Assembly: GCA_938074325.1 (NCBI GenBank)
Contig: CALJFZ010000029.1
Coordinates: forward strand, 12,292-76,291
Direction of reading: 5' to 3'
Length of the DNA: 64,000 nt
Source: an uncultured Flavobacteriales bacterium
Lineage (GTDB): Bacteria; Bacteroidota; Bacteroidia; Flavobacteriales_D; Sanyastnellaceae
Positions 39,537 through 49,571 of this stretch are shown piece after piece. The notes beneath the pieces were generated by a model. The model made no database searches. It saw only the letters and a program-made list of their open reading frames with translations, and was not told the DNA's origin. Positions within the stretch are counted from its first letter, which is position 1. Each line of letters opens with the position of its first letter. A program made the translations under genes and the position numbers.

Positions 39537-39904
39537 TGAGTGCAATCCAACTCGAAGGCACGGCCAAAACGCCGAAAGTCGCATTCAATGATTCTCCCTT
39601 ATCCATGGAAATTTCAGGAAGATCCATCCCTGAAAACTCCATTGCGTTTTACACGCCCTTGTTGGAATGGGTTGATGAAAATCTGAAAGACGGCGGCAAC
39701 TTGGACGTGAGCATCCGTCTCGAATACTTCAATACAAGCAGCAGCAAATGCTTGATGGACCTACTCAAACGAATCGAGCAGTCACCAGCAGAAGCCAATG
39801 TTTTGTGGTACTACGAAGAGGAGGACGAGGACATGCTTGAAGCGGGCGAGGATTACGATGCCATCATCGATATGCCGTTTCGGCTGATTGCCACGGCTGG
39901 TTAA
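39536..39904 (+). CDS. SiaC family regulatory phosphoprotein (DUF1987)
   Basis: T.KTP.V, ISGRSIPEN..FY.P...W, LEYFNTSSSK and WYYEEEDEDM.EAGE. Confidence 0.88.
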   Translation: MSAIQLEGTAKTPKVAFNDSPLSMEISGRSIPENSIAFYTPLLEWVDENLKDGGNLDVSIRLEYFNTSSSKCLMDLLKRIEQSPAEANVLWYYEEEDEDMLEAGEDYDAIIDMPFRLIATAG

Positions 39905-42807
39905 TCCAGTCGCTTCCCCCACCCCCAACGTTCTGGCCAGCGGTTCGCTAAAACGAAGTAGAGCACAAAACTCATCATCCAAAGAACGAGGATGTTGAAC
40001 ACTGGGGTCTTCACCTGCCAGCTCCCGAGCTGCTTTACCGGTGCATAGAACGGAGCATTCCAAGCCTGACGGCCCAATGGCATCTGGTGGATGAAGGCCG
40101 TCTCCTGAACCAACCCGCGACTGGTCAACGCAATGCGCTCGTGGCGGTCGGTTTGCATCACCCAATCGTGAAGTGCTTCGTTGTGATGCTCGTCTTTCAA
40201 CGCTTTCAAATCCACAGATTCAGCTAATTCCTGGCGAGCGGCGTCCCGTTCATTGAACGCGACCTTGTAGGCCTCTCGGAAAGCCACGCGCATATCATCT
40301 ACCGTGGCAATGTCCCCAACAGCGCACCCCCAACTCGTGAGCTCCTCAAGCGCACGCGACCACTCGTCAGCGCGCAGCGCTTCATCATCAATCGATCGGA
40401 ATTGTTGGTACCAAAAGTCCCGTCGCCACGCAGCTCGCTCCATGCGATCCTCGAACTCAATGAACGGTGCGTCCGCCTCGTTCTCGCGGGTCAAATGAAC
40501 CGCCAACGATTCAAATCCCCAGCGCGAGGCCATGAGGTTTCCGATCAATGGAACTCGATCCACTTGGGTGAAAATTGGGTTGAACCGATCGAACCTGATG
40601 ATGGCACCACCGAAAATAATCTGGGGGATGATCAGCAGCGGAATGATGATGTAAATGGTCTTGGCAGACTTCATGGCCGAAGACAGGTTGAGCCCCAAAA
40701 CGTTGGAGAAGGCACTCAAACTGAACAGCGTCAAAAAGAGCATCCCAAACCCGGTTGGTATCTGTAGAACCCAAAATGCGATGACCGAAAACAGGAAGCT
40801 CTGCACCGCTGAGATACCGAGCATTACACTCATTTTTGAAGCGAGGTACGCGTTCCAATTCAAGCGCAAGAATCGTTCACGACGGAGCGTCGGACGGTCC
40901 CGGAATATCTCCTCGGCGCTGAAACTCAGCCCGAGGAAAAGCGATACAATGACCGAAATGAACAGGAACTGCGGCAGGTTCTCGCTTAATCGGTAAACGA
41001 AATCTCCGTCGCCGTTGCGGAATCGGGTAAAAACAGCCAATACCATCGCAAGCACAGGCGCCTGCAACAAGTTCATCCAAACGTATTGCTTGTTCTTACG
41101 CTTGGCCTTTACATCCCTCCGCCAAAAGGAGGTGAATTGACTCCACCAGTCCGGTGTAGTCGAGGGTTCAGGCAAGGCTTTCACCTTATTCGGGCGGGGC
41201 GTATTGCCCGCTTGAATCATGTTGTAGTAATCGTTCCACTCCTCTGGAGTTACCCTCCGAATTTCCGTGAGCTGACCGTATTCATCCACCATGCAACTGG
41301 CGATGGTGTCGAAGATCTCTTCCGGATTGACGGTACCGCACGAAGCGCACATGGCCTCATTCGCTTGAACCTGGTTCGACATTTGCTTCAAGTAGCCCAG
41401 GCATTCCAATGGATTGTCCTGGTAAATGGGGTACCCACCTACATCAAGCAACAGCAATCGATCGAACAGTTTGAAGATATCTGAACTTGGCTGGTGGATG
41501 ACGACGAACACAATCTTTCCCCGAAGGGTCAGCTCCTTCAAAATGTCCATGATGTGTTCGCTGTCGCGACTGGAGAGCCCACTCGTAGGTTCATCCACAA
41601 ATAGGACCGCTGGTTCTCGGATCAGTTCCAAGGCAATGTTCAAGCGTTTGCGTTGTCCTCCAGAAATCGTTTTGTCCATGACGGAACCCACACGCAGATT
41701 CCGAATTTCCCAAAGCCCCAAACGCCGCAAGGTAGATTCAATGCGCTCCAGTCGTTCTTCTTCGGTCGAACCGCCCAAACTCAGCTCCGCGCTGAATTTG
41801 AGGTTTTCATACACCGTCAATTCGCTGATGAGCACGTCCTCCTGGGCAATGTGCCCAAGGCTGCCTTTGGCCAACGTGCTATCCTCAAAAATGGAGTGAC
41901 CGTTCATGAGAACGTCTCCAAACGTTGGACGCATGGAACCGTTCAAGATGTTGAGCAACGTCGATTTCCCCGACCCACTCGCCCCCATGATACCGATCAA
42001 GTCTCCGGATTGGGCTTCAATGGACAGAGGCCGTAGTGCGGCCTCATTGGGGTAATTGAAAAAGTGGGCCAAGTCGACCGCGTTGAAGGAAATTTTCTGT
42101 TCTGTACGCTCGCACGAACTGCACAACTGCACAACGTCGCTGAAGAATACCGCATGTCCTGACGCGTCTTTGATGACGCTTCCTTGGGCCATCGGCGAAG
42201 TTGACATCTTCGGCAACATGTTGCCATTGAGCTTTAAGTCACCACGTCCCAGGTCTTTGATGAAGAACAACTCATCGGATGAGACATTGCACACCACGAG
42301 ATTCGGGACCTCTTCATGCGGCAATGGCACACTGAAGAGTGACGCTCCCATGGAGTTCAGATCGGAACATTTGACCAGTTGCTTCAAATCAGCAGCGTCG
42401 CCAGGAAGCATGTGCAATGCATCGGCGACGGTGTTCAAGAAACTATCGGCATCGTCAATGGTGCCTGTCGACTTAGCCATCTCCGCCAAGCGAGCAAACA
42501 CGATGAGCCGATCTTTCATGTCGAGCTCCCCCATGATTTGTTGGCACAACACGAGCAACCGTACCGACAGTTTTGAACGGCGCTTCGCGAGCAGGCGCTC
42601 ATCGTCCGAGTGCGGCATGCGTTTGTTCATGCGCGCAATCTCTGCGTCGTATTGCTTGAGGTAAGCCTGCGTGAATTCATAGGAAAGCCTCCCGGCCAAA
42701 TACCGTTCGGCGGCCTGACGACCGTACATGGCCTCACGCGGAGAACGGCCGGCCGCAAACAAAGCGAACAGCCGCACAAGTGCGTCAAGGATTCCAGTGG
42801 TCATCAT
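39901..42807 (-). CDS. Fused ABC transporter (N-terminal helical and FHA-like region, then NBD, then ABC2-type TMD)
   Basis: GASGSGKS, ISGGQRKR, VDEPTSG and VIHQP; NBD precedes a multi-TM domain (ABCG order). Confidence 0.88.
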   Translation of the reverse strand: MMTTGILDALVRLFALFAAGRSPREAMYGRQAAERYLAGRLSYEFTQAYLKQYDAEIARMNKRMPHSDDERLLAKRRSKLSVRLLVLCQQIMGELDMKDRLIVFARLAEMAKSTGTIDDADSFLNTVADALHMLPGDAADLKQLVKCSDLNSMGASLFSVPLPHEEVPNLVVCNVSSDELFFIKDLGRGDLKLNGNMLPKMSTSPMAQGSVIKDASGHAVFFSDVVQLCSSCERTEQKISFNAVDLAHFFNYPNEAALRPLSIEAQSGDLIGIMGASGSGKSTLLNILNGSMRPTFGDVLMNGHSIFEDSTLAKGSLGHIAQEDVLISELTVYENLKFSAELSLGGSTEEERLERIESTLRRLGLWEIRNLRVGSVMDKTISGGQRKRLNIALELIREPAVLFVDEPTSGLSSRDSEHIMDILKELTLRGKIVFVVIHQPSSDIFKLFDRLLLLDVGGYPIYQDNPLECLGYLKQMSNQVQANEAMCASCGTVNPEEIFDTIASCMVDEYGQLTEIRRVTPEEWNDYYNMIQAGNTPRPNKVKALPEPSTTPDWWSQFTSFWRRDVKAKRKNKQYVWMNLLQAPVLAMVLAVFTRFRNGDGDFVYRLSENLPQFLFISVIVSLFLGLSFSAEEIFRDRPTLRRERFLRLNWNAYLASKMSVMLGISAVQSFLFSVIAFWVLQIPTGFGMLFLTLFSLSAFSNVLGLNLSSAMKSAKTIYIIIPLLIIPQIIFGGAIIRFDRFNPIFTQVDRVPLIGNLMASRWGFESLAVHLTRENEADAPFIEFEDRMERAAWRRDFWYQQFRSIDDEALRADEWSRALEELTSWGCAVGDIATVDDMRVAFREAYKVAFNERDAARQELAESVDLKALKDEHHNEALHDWVMQTDRHERIALTSRGLVQETAFIHQMPLGRQAWNAPFYAPVKQLGSWQVKTPVFNILVLWMMSFVLYFVLANRWPERWGWGKRLD

Positions 42808-42862
42808 GTAAGATGCCTACGGAAATCCTTCGAAAAGGTTACATCAAAAGGACTTGGGACAC

Positions 42863-44377
42863 TTATTGCTGCCGCTCGAAGCACCCCTTATCGGGCAATC
42901 CAATGACCCGTGGCATGCCGTCTAAATCGAGTCCAATGGCAAACTGCCCTGCCCCGCCGTCCCAAAGCGTGTTGTTGGACGTCAAATGAAAATCACGCTC
43001 ACTGGTCGAAGCAAATGGCGGTGCGTTATCGGTGGTGGTCGCCTCCAGGATTTCGAGCGGAAAGTCCTCGTCCTGAACGTCCACTGAAGAATTCCGTATG
43101 AACGGATTGGCGGGTGGATTCAGCAAGCTCACGACCAATTCGTCAAAGTCTGTAAGGCTGTAGTTGTTGCCCCAGAAAATGCAGTTATTGAATTGAGAGC
43201 CTTCCAAAGAGCGCACCTGAATGTTTCCGTTGATGTCTTCGTACCAATCCGTAAACAGAACGCTGGGCGCTTGCCTCACGCCCTCTGACCAATAGTTGGC
43301 GAATGTGCAGTGGTCCAGGCGGTACGCTCCTCCCAAGGTGAAAGCTGCAGTGGATTGACCACAGTCGTAGAACAGGTTATTGAAACCATCGATGGTCCCC
43401 CCTTGGGCGTACATGCCGTACGCACTCATGTTGTGGATGATCGTATTGCGAATGTCCAACGCCGGTGCCGTGCTGGTCCCTGTGGTATCCACTTGCAATC
43501 CAATGGTCCCGTTTTTCAGAATCGCGTAATCCATGGTGCACTCAACCCCGCCATACAGCCAGATACCACCGCGCTGCGCGGTGACTTCTTCAATGCCATA
43601 TTCAGTTTCGAATTGAAAGTCCAATTCGATGCCCCACTGCCCCGGAACGTCGGCATAGCTGTCTTCCAGCCTGTCCCCTTGGAACACCACTTCGCTGCCC
43701 AACGCGCCTTGCACATCCAAGGTCGATTGATACACCAGCAGGCCACCGCCATTGTGAACGTGCACTTGCGTCCCTTCCTCAATCGTCAACTTGCACCCTG
43801 GCTCCACCTCTACAATACCGTAAATCACATGCGGCAGGTCATTGGTCCATACTTCATCGCATGTGGGCAGCGGATTCAACTCATTCAAGCCGCCGTGAAA
43901 GTGCGCGTTCTGCCCCCAAGCAATTAGGGAGACAGCCTGCTCTGCACCGTTGGCATTGAACCGAAGTTCATCCTCAATGACAAATGGCGTCTGTTCGGAA
44001 TTGGGATCAACGGTTACCTCCAAGAAAATCCACATGCTGTCTTCGGCGAGCAGGGGCCAATCCGTCACGCTCGGACCGACTTCCCCGTCAATGTTCACGC
44101 GGAACGGCGAATCACTCCCTCCACTTAAGGCAATCTCATCTATGCGAAGCGCTTCCTGATTGCGGTTGTAAACTTTGAGTGGCAGCGTCACAGAACCAAT
44201 GGTCGTGAACACGGTGTCAAACAGTACGGTATCGGATGAAAATTCAAGCTCCAGCGTTGGATCGTCCGAAAACTGGACCTTTCCGCAACCCGCAGACCAC
44301 AGGAGAACAACAGCAAGCAAAGCCCAGCTCGCATGAACAAGATCCTTGGTCGCTGGGCTTTTAAATCGGTTCGTCAT
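42863..44377 (-). CDS. Lipoprotein with Ig-like domain and right-handed beta-helix
   Basis: Lipobox SAGC from ATG 44377, FSSDTVLFDTVFTTIGS, FQGDRLE...PGQW and DLDG.PR...DKGCFE tail. Confidence 0.75.
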   Translation of the reverse strand: MTNRFKSPATKDLVHASWALLAVVLLWSAGCGKVQFSDDPTLELEFSSDTVLFDTVFTTIGSVTLPLKVYNRNQEALRIDEIALSGGSDSPFRVNIDGEVGPSVTDWPLLAEDSMWIFLEVTVDPNSEQTPFVIEDELRFNANGAEQAVSLIAWGQNAHFHGGLNELNPLPTCDEVWTNDLPHVIYGIVEVEPGCKLTIEEGTQVHVHNGGGLLVYQSTLDVQGALGSEVVFQGDRLEDSYADVPGQWGIELDFQFETEYGIEEVTAQRGGIWLYGGVECTMDYAILKNGTIGLQVDTTGTSTAPALDIRNTIIHNMSAYGMYAQGGTIDGFNNLFYDCGQSTAAFTLGGAYRLDHCTFANYWSEGVRQAPSVLFTDWYEDINGNIQVRSLEGSQFNNCIFWGNNYSLTDFDELVVSLLNPPANPFIRNSSVDVQDEDFPLEILEATTTDNAPPFASTSERDFHLTSNNTLWDGGAGQFAIGLDLDGMPRVIGLPDKGCFERQQ

Positions 44378-44406
44378 GGAGAGCAAAGATGATGCATATT
44401 CGTCGT

Positions 44407-45015
44407 ATGAACGATGCACACAACGCATTCATTGCCCACCTTGAACAGCACGACCCCATTTTATTGAACGTCGTCACCCAAAACGGTCCTATCGCCTTGC
44501 CTGAGCAGCAACCTCACTTCGAAGCGCTGTGCCGTGCAATCATCAGCCAACAACTGAGTACAAAAGCCGCAGCGACCATCGTGCGCCGTGTGTTCGATTG
44601 GGCAAATGACCGTGAAGGCCTGAATCCCAGCACCCTGCTCAACGCGGATCCGACCTCGCTTCGCGCACTGGGCATCAGCGGCCAAAAAGCCGCCTACCTA
44701 CATGCACTTGCAGAAGCTTGGACATCGAATCCTAAATCCATGAAAGCTCTTGACGAGCTTTCCGATGCGGAAGTAATCAAAACCCTAACGGACATCAAAG
44801 GCATTGGGGAATGGACCGCGCACATGTTCTTGATTTTCACCTTGCGTCGACCCGATGTGTTTGCCCCGGGTGATTTGGCCATCAAAAAAGCCATGGTCCG
44901 TCTCTATGGACTTTCCATGGCTTCTTCGATTCGTGAATTTGATGCGGTGGCAGAACCTTGGCGGCCTTATCGGTCGCTGGCTTGCTTGCACCTATGGCGC
45001 AGCCTAGATGGCTGA
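44407..45015 (+). CDS. alkA: DNA-3-methyladenine glycosylase II (HhH-GPD)
   Basis: IISQQLS, IKGIGEWTA, DVFAPGD and WRPYRS. Confidence 0.9.
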   Translation: MNDAHNAFIAHLEQHDPILLNVVTQNGPIALPEQQPHFEALCRAIISQQLSTKAAATIVRRVFDWANDREGLNPSTLLNADPTSLRALGISGQKAAYLHALAEAWTSNPKSMKALDELSDAEVIKTLTDIKGIGEWTAHMFLIFTLRRPDVFAPGDLAIKKAMVRLYGLSMASSIREFDAVAEPWRPYRSLACLHLWRSLDG

Positions 45016-45017
45016 GC

Positions 45018-45887
45018 TTAGCCCAAGTAGCTCTTCAAAATTCGGCTGCGGCTGGTGTGCTTCAGTCGTCGGATGGCCTTCTCTTTGATTTGACGCACAC
45101 GCTCGCGGGTCAAATCAAAACGTTCTCCAATTTCCTCCAATGTCATGGGGTGCTCACCGTTCAGGCCGAAGTACAAGCGAATGACATCCCCTTCGCGAGG
45201 AGTCAACGTGCGCAATGAACGTTCGATTTCCTTGCGCAGCGATTCTGTCATCAACTCGGTATCCGGTGAAGGCGTATCGCCAGTACGCATGACATCGTAC
45301 ATGTTACTCGAAGACTCATCACCGTCCTTCAACGGAGCATCCATGGATACGTGACGCCCTGCATTCTTCATGCTTTGCTTCACTTCATCCAGTGTCATAT
45401 CCAGCGTTTCAGCCAGTTCCGCAGCTGTTGGAGGACGCTCAAATTCCTGCTCCAAACGGGCAAAGGCCTTGTTGATCTTGTTAATTGATCCAATCTTGTT
45501 CAATGGAAGTCGAACAATTCGGCTCTGCTCAGCCAACGCCTGCAAAATGCTTTGGCGAATCCACCAAACAGCATAAGAGATGAACTTAAAGCCACGCGTC
45601 TCGTCGAAACGCTGAGCAGCCTTGATCAATCCGAGGTTGCCCTCGTTGATCAAATCCGGCAAACTCAATCCTTGGTTCTGGTATTGCTTGGACACGGAGA
45701 CCACAAAACGAAGGTTCGCTTTGGTCAACTTTTCCAACGCCACTTGGTCGCCTTTCTTGATGCGACGCGCCAACTCCACTTCCTCTTCTGCTGTAATCAA
45801 ATCAACACGCCCAATCTCTTGCAAGTACTTGTCAAGAGATGCCGTTTCACGGTTGGTAACCTGTTTGGTGATTTTTAGCTGCCGCAT
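45018..45887 (-). CDS. rpoD: Primary RNA polymerase sigma factor (short Bacteroidota type)
   Basis: [33 protein letters not shown] and [13 protein letters not shown]. Confidence 0.96.
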   Translation of the reverse strand: MRQLKITKQVTNRETASLDKYLQEIGRVDLITAEEEVELARRIKKGDQVALEKLTKANLRFVVSVSKQYQNQGLSLPDLINEGNLGLIKAAQRFDETRGFKFISYAVWWIRQSILQALAEQSRIVRLPLNKIGSINKINKAFARLEQEFERPPTAAELAETLDMTLDEVKQSMKNAGRHVSMDAPLKDGDESSSNMYDVMRTGDTPSPDTELMTESLRKEIERSLRTLTPREGDVIRLYFGLNGEHPMTLEEIGERFDLTRERVRQIKEKAIRRLKHTSRSRILKSYLG

Positions 45888-45953
45888 GTGTGGTTCTTAT
45901 TTCGTCGTATCTAATTAAATGGAAAAGGGTGAGGAATTGTTGCCGAACGGATG

Positions 45954-48194
45954 TTAATCCTCGTTTTGGCTGCGCTCCTCACGGCGTGGTCCACGGTCTC
46001 GGTTGCGATCACCGCGTCCACGTCCGCGCTCTCCGCGTGGGCGTTCGGGGCGCTCAACGTAGCCTTCTGGCTTTGGCAACAAGACTTTGCGGCTCAACTT
46101 GATCTTGCCAGTCTTCTCATCACGGCCGACCACTTTGAACTTCACCACCTCACCTTCCTTCAAAACGTCCTCCACGCGCTCTACGCGCTTCCAGTCCAAC
46201 TCACTCACGTGGAGCAAACCGTCCTGTCCGGGAATGACTTCAACGAACGCGCCGTATGGCATGATGCTCTTCACCTTGCCTTCGTATTCCTCCCCAATCT
46301 CAACGGTCGGTGGGAATGCAATGGCCTTGACCTTTGCGAGGGCGGCATCAATCGCTGCTTTGTTCGAAGCGGCAATCTCCACGATGCCCTTGCCGTCAAC
46401 GTCCTCAATGCTGATGGTCGTTTCCGTCTCGGCTTGGATTTCCTGAATGATCTTACCACCTGGGCCAATGATGGGGCCAATGGCTTCACCTGGAACTGTC
46501 AACGAGACAATTCGTGGCGCGTGATCCTTGTAATCAGTACGTGGCTCGCTGATGCTACCGAGCATTTCCTTGCGGATGTGATGGCGGCCATCACGTGCTT
46601 GTGCCAGTGCTTCGCGCAATTGCTGGAAGCTCAAGCCCTTGATTTTGATGTCCATCTGGCACGCTGTAATGCCGTGCTCTGTCCCGGTCACCTTGAAGTC
46701 CATATCACCGAGGTGATCCTCGTCGCCCAAAATGTCGGAGAGAACGACATACTTTCCAGATTCCATATCGGTGATCAAGCCCATTGCGATGCCTGACACA
46801 GGCGCCTTGATCGGCACACCACCGTCCATGAGCGCCAGCGTGCCTGCGCAAACTGTAGCCATAGAAGATGAACCGTTCGACTCGAGAATTTCACTCACCA
46901 AGCGAATGGTGTAAGGACAATCCTCTGTTGCCGGCAAAACAGGCTTCAACGCTCGGAGCGCCAAGTTTCCATGCCCTACCTCACGACGGCTGGTACCGCG
47001 CAACGGTCGCTCTTCACCAGTCGAGAATGGTGGGAAATTGTAGTGCAACAAGAACTTCTCGTTCTTACGAACCAATGCCCCATCAATCAACTGCTCATCA
47101 AGTTTCGTTCCGAGGGTCAATGTGGTCAACGACTGGGTTTCACCTCGCGTAAAGATGGAGCTGCCGTGTGTGCTTGGCAGGTAGTCCACTTCCGTCCAGA
47201 TGGGGCGAATGTCGGTTGAAGAACGACCGTCAAGACGGATGCCTTCGTTCAAGAGCAAATCGCGAACGGCCTTCTTCTGTGCAGTGCCGATGTATTGACG
47301 CAACATGAAGCCCTTCTCGGCTACTTCTTCTTCCGAGAGGGTCGCCATGAACGCTTCCTTCAACTCAGAGAACTTCGCCTTGCGCTCCTCTTTTGTGCTG
47401 CCTTGCTTGGCCGCCTCGTAGAACTTTTCGACCAACGCATCGTTTACGCGTGCTCGAAGATCTTCGTCGTGGTTTTCGTGTGAGTACTCACGCTGAACAC
47501 CGAAGTGGCCCGTCTTCTTGGCCAATTCGATCTGTGCCTCGCATTGCTTTTGAATGGCCCCGTGCGCCACTTCAATGGCATCCACCATCTCATCCTCACT
47601 CACCTCGCTCATCTCGCCCTCGACCATGACAATGCTGTCCATGCTTCCTGCAACCATGATGTCCATGTCCGCGCGTTCCAACTCAGACCGGAATGGGTTG
47701 ATGATGAACTCACCATCCACACGTGCTACGCGAACTTCAGATATGGGGCCATCGAATGGAATGTCACTTACGGAGATGCACGCCGAAGCTGCAAGACCTG
47801 CCAAACTATCGGGAAGAACCTCTTCGTCGGCCGACATCAACTGAATCATGACCTGCGTACCCGCATGGTAATCCCCGGGGAACGTTGGGCGCAAGGCCCG
47901 GTCTACCAAGCGCATGACCAACACTTCTGTATCAGAAGGGCGCGCCTCTCGCTTGAAGAAACCGCCTGGGAAACGCCCCGCAGCGGCATATTTTTCTCTG
48001 TAATCGACTGTAAGTGGCAAAAAATCAACGTCGTCTCGGACGTCGTGTGCAGAGACTGCAGTTGCCAATAACATGGTGTTGCCGCTCTTTACGACAACGG
48101 AACCGTGCGCCTGCTTAGCGAGCTTGCCGGTCTCAATGGTGATCTCGCGCCCGTTGCCGAGATCAATGGTTTGGTTGTGTACCGTGTAATTCAT
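45954..48194 (-). CDS. pnp: Polyribonucleotide nucleotidyltransferase
   Basis: [25 protein letters not shown] and GDMDFKVTG, followed by KH and S1 domains. Confidence 0.98.
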   Translation of the reverse strand: MNYTVHNQTIDLGNGREITIETGKLAKQAHGSVVVKSGNTMLLATAVSAHDVRDDVDFLPLTVDYREKYAAAGRFPGGFFKREARPSDTEVLVMRLVDRALRPTFPGDYHAGTQVMIQLMSADEEVLPDSLAGLAASACISVSDIPFDGPISEVRVARVDGEFIINPFRSELERADMDIMVAGSMDSIVMVEGEMSEVSEDEMVDAIEVAHGAIQKQCEAQIELAKKTGHFGVQREYSHENHDEDLRARVNDALVEKFYEAAKQGSTKEERKAKFSELKEAFMATLSEEEVAEKGFMLRQYIGTAQKKAVRDLLLNEGIRLDGRSSTDIRPIWTEVDYLPSTHGSSIFTRGETQSLTTLTLGTKLDEQLIDGALVRKNEKFLLHYNFPPFSTGEERPLRGTSRREVGHGNLALRALKPVLPATEDCPYTIRLVSEILESNGSSSMATVCAGTLALMDGGVPIKAPVSGIAMGLITDMESGKYVVLSDILGDEDHLGDMDFKVTGTEHGITACQMDIKIKGLSFQQLREALAQARDGRHHIRKEMLGSISEPRTDYKDHAPRIVSLTVPGEAIGPIIGPGGKIIQEIQAETETTISIEDVDGKGIVEIAASNKAAIDAALAKVKAIAFPPTVEIGEEYEGKVKSIMPYGAFVEVIPGQDGLLHVSELDWKRVERVEDVLKEGEVVKFKVVGRDEKTGKIKLSRKVLLPKPEGYVERPERPRGERGRGRGDRNRDRGPRREERSQNED

Positions 48195-48244
48195 CTTTCC
48201 TGTAAAATCATCCTAAAGCGTTGCACCCCGTTGGGTATAAACGC

Positions 48245-48293
48245 AAAAAAACGAAGAAGGCAATGGTAAAATACCGATTGCCTCCCCCGTTTG
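48245..48293 (-). terminator. Terminator-like hairpin between rpsO and pnp
   Basis: Minus strand has an AAACG...GGCAAT...ATTGCC...CGTTT stem followed by a T-run. Confidence 0.65.
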
Positions 48294-48304
48294 TAAATTC
48301 ATAA

Positions 48305-48574
48305 TTAACGACGCAAACCGAGTTTTGCAACGATTTCGCGGTAGCGTGTAATGTCTTTTGCTTTGAGGTAATCCAACAACTTACGACGCTTACCGACCAA
48401 CTTGATCAAAGCGCGTTGCGTGTGGTAGTCCTTTCGGTTTTTCTTCAGATGCTCAGTCAAGTGAGCGATTCGGAAGGAGAACATGGCAATCTGCGCTTCA
48501 GCGCTGCCCGTGTCCTTTTCGTTCGCGCCAAACGTGGCGAAGAACTCTTTCTTTTTTGCTGAATCTAAGTACAT
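48305..48574 (-). CDS. rpsO: 30S ribosomal protein S15
   Basis: DTGSAEAQIA and LVGKRRKLLDYL; TATCTTTG promoter at 48617-48624. Confidence 0.98.
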   Translation of the reverse strand: MYLDSAKKKEFFATFGANEKDTGSAEAQIAMFSFRIAHLTEHLKKNRKDYHTQRALIKLVGKRRKLLDYLKAKDITRYREIVAKLGLRR

Positions 48575-48662
48575 GGCGAAATCGAAATGATGTTCGTGAT
48601 GCTAAATAATGAAGCGCAAAGATACGGCTAAGAGCTGTGCCGACCAATGCTCCAAGGCTATT

Positions 48663-49523
48663 TTATTCGGACTTCGCAAAATCGCCCATGGCCTTGAGGC
48701 TGAACGCGACCTTCTCTTTGAGGTTCTTACGCTCGACTATGGCGTCCAAAAATCCGTGCTCCAACAAGAATTCAGAACGTTGGAATCCTTCTGGCAAGTC
48801 CTTTCCAATGGTCTCTTTCACCACACGCGGACCCGCAAATCCAATCAATGCGTTGGGCTCTGCAATGTTGATGTCGCCCAACATCGCAAAAGATGCAGTT
48901 ACACCACCTGTAGTGGGATCGGTCAAAATGGAGATGTAAGGCAAACCCGCTTTTGATAAGAGCGAAAGTTTTGCGCTCGTTTTCGCCATTTGCATCAGAC
49001 TCAGTCCTGCCTCCATCATACGTGCGCCCCCTGATTTGCTGATGCAGATGAAGGGACATCCCTTCTTCAATGCCAAATCGATGCCACGTGCAATTTTTTC
49101 TCCTACCACGCTGCCCATAGAGCCGCCGATGAACTGGAAATCCATGCAGCTGATGACGACGGGCATGCCGTCGAGTTCTCCTGATGCCGTGCGAAGTGCA
49201 TCTTGCAATCCTGTCTTTTTCTTGGCAGCCTCCAGACGGTCCGTGTATGCTTTGGTGTCAGAGAATTCCAACGGGTCGTCACTCGTGATCTTCGGTGCCA
49301 CCTCGCGGTACTTGCCCTCATCGAACAACAGGTTGAAATAAGCCTCGCTGCCCACACGGTCGTGGTGACCACAGTAATCACACACATTGAGGCGTTCGGC
49401 GTGTTGTTGCGATGTGATCACGTTTTTACAGCCTGGACATTGGTACCACGCCCCTTCCGGGATTTCCTTCTTCTCCGTGCTTTTTGTGGTAATGCCGTCT
49501 TGTATGCGCTTAAACCATCCCAT
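48663..49523 (-). CDS. accD: Acetyl-CoA carboxylase carboxyltransferase beta subunit
   Basis: C4 zinc finger, [19 protein letters not shown] and GFAGPRV; TACCTTTG promoter at 49541-49548. Confidence 0.97.
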   Translation of the reverse strand: MGWFKRIQDGITTKSTEKKEIPEGAWYQCPGCKNVITSQQHAERLNVCDYCGHHDRVGSEAYFNLLFDEGKYREVAPKITSDDPLEFSDTKAYTDRLEAAKKKTGLQDALRTASGELDGMPVVISCMDFQFIGGSMGSVVGEKIARGIDLALKKGCPFICISKSGGARMMEAGLSLMQMAKTSAKLSLLSKAGLPYISILTDPTTGGVTASFAMLGDINIAEPNALIGFAGPRVVKETIGKDLPEGFQRSEFLLEHGFLDAIVERKNLKEKVAFSLKAMGDFAKSE

Positions 49524-49571
49524 GTCTCTCAGATTTGAGCCAAAGGTAATTCACTTCCAAGAATCCACCCT

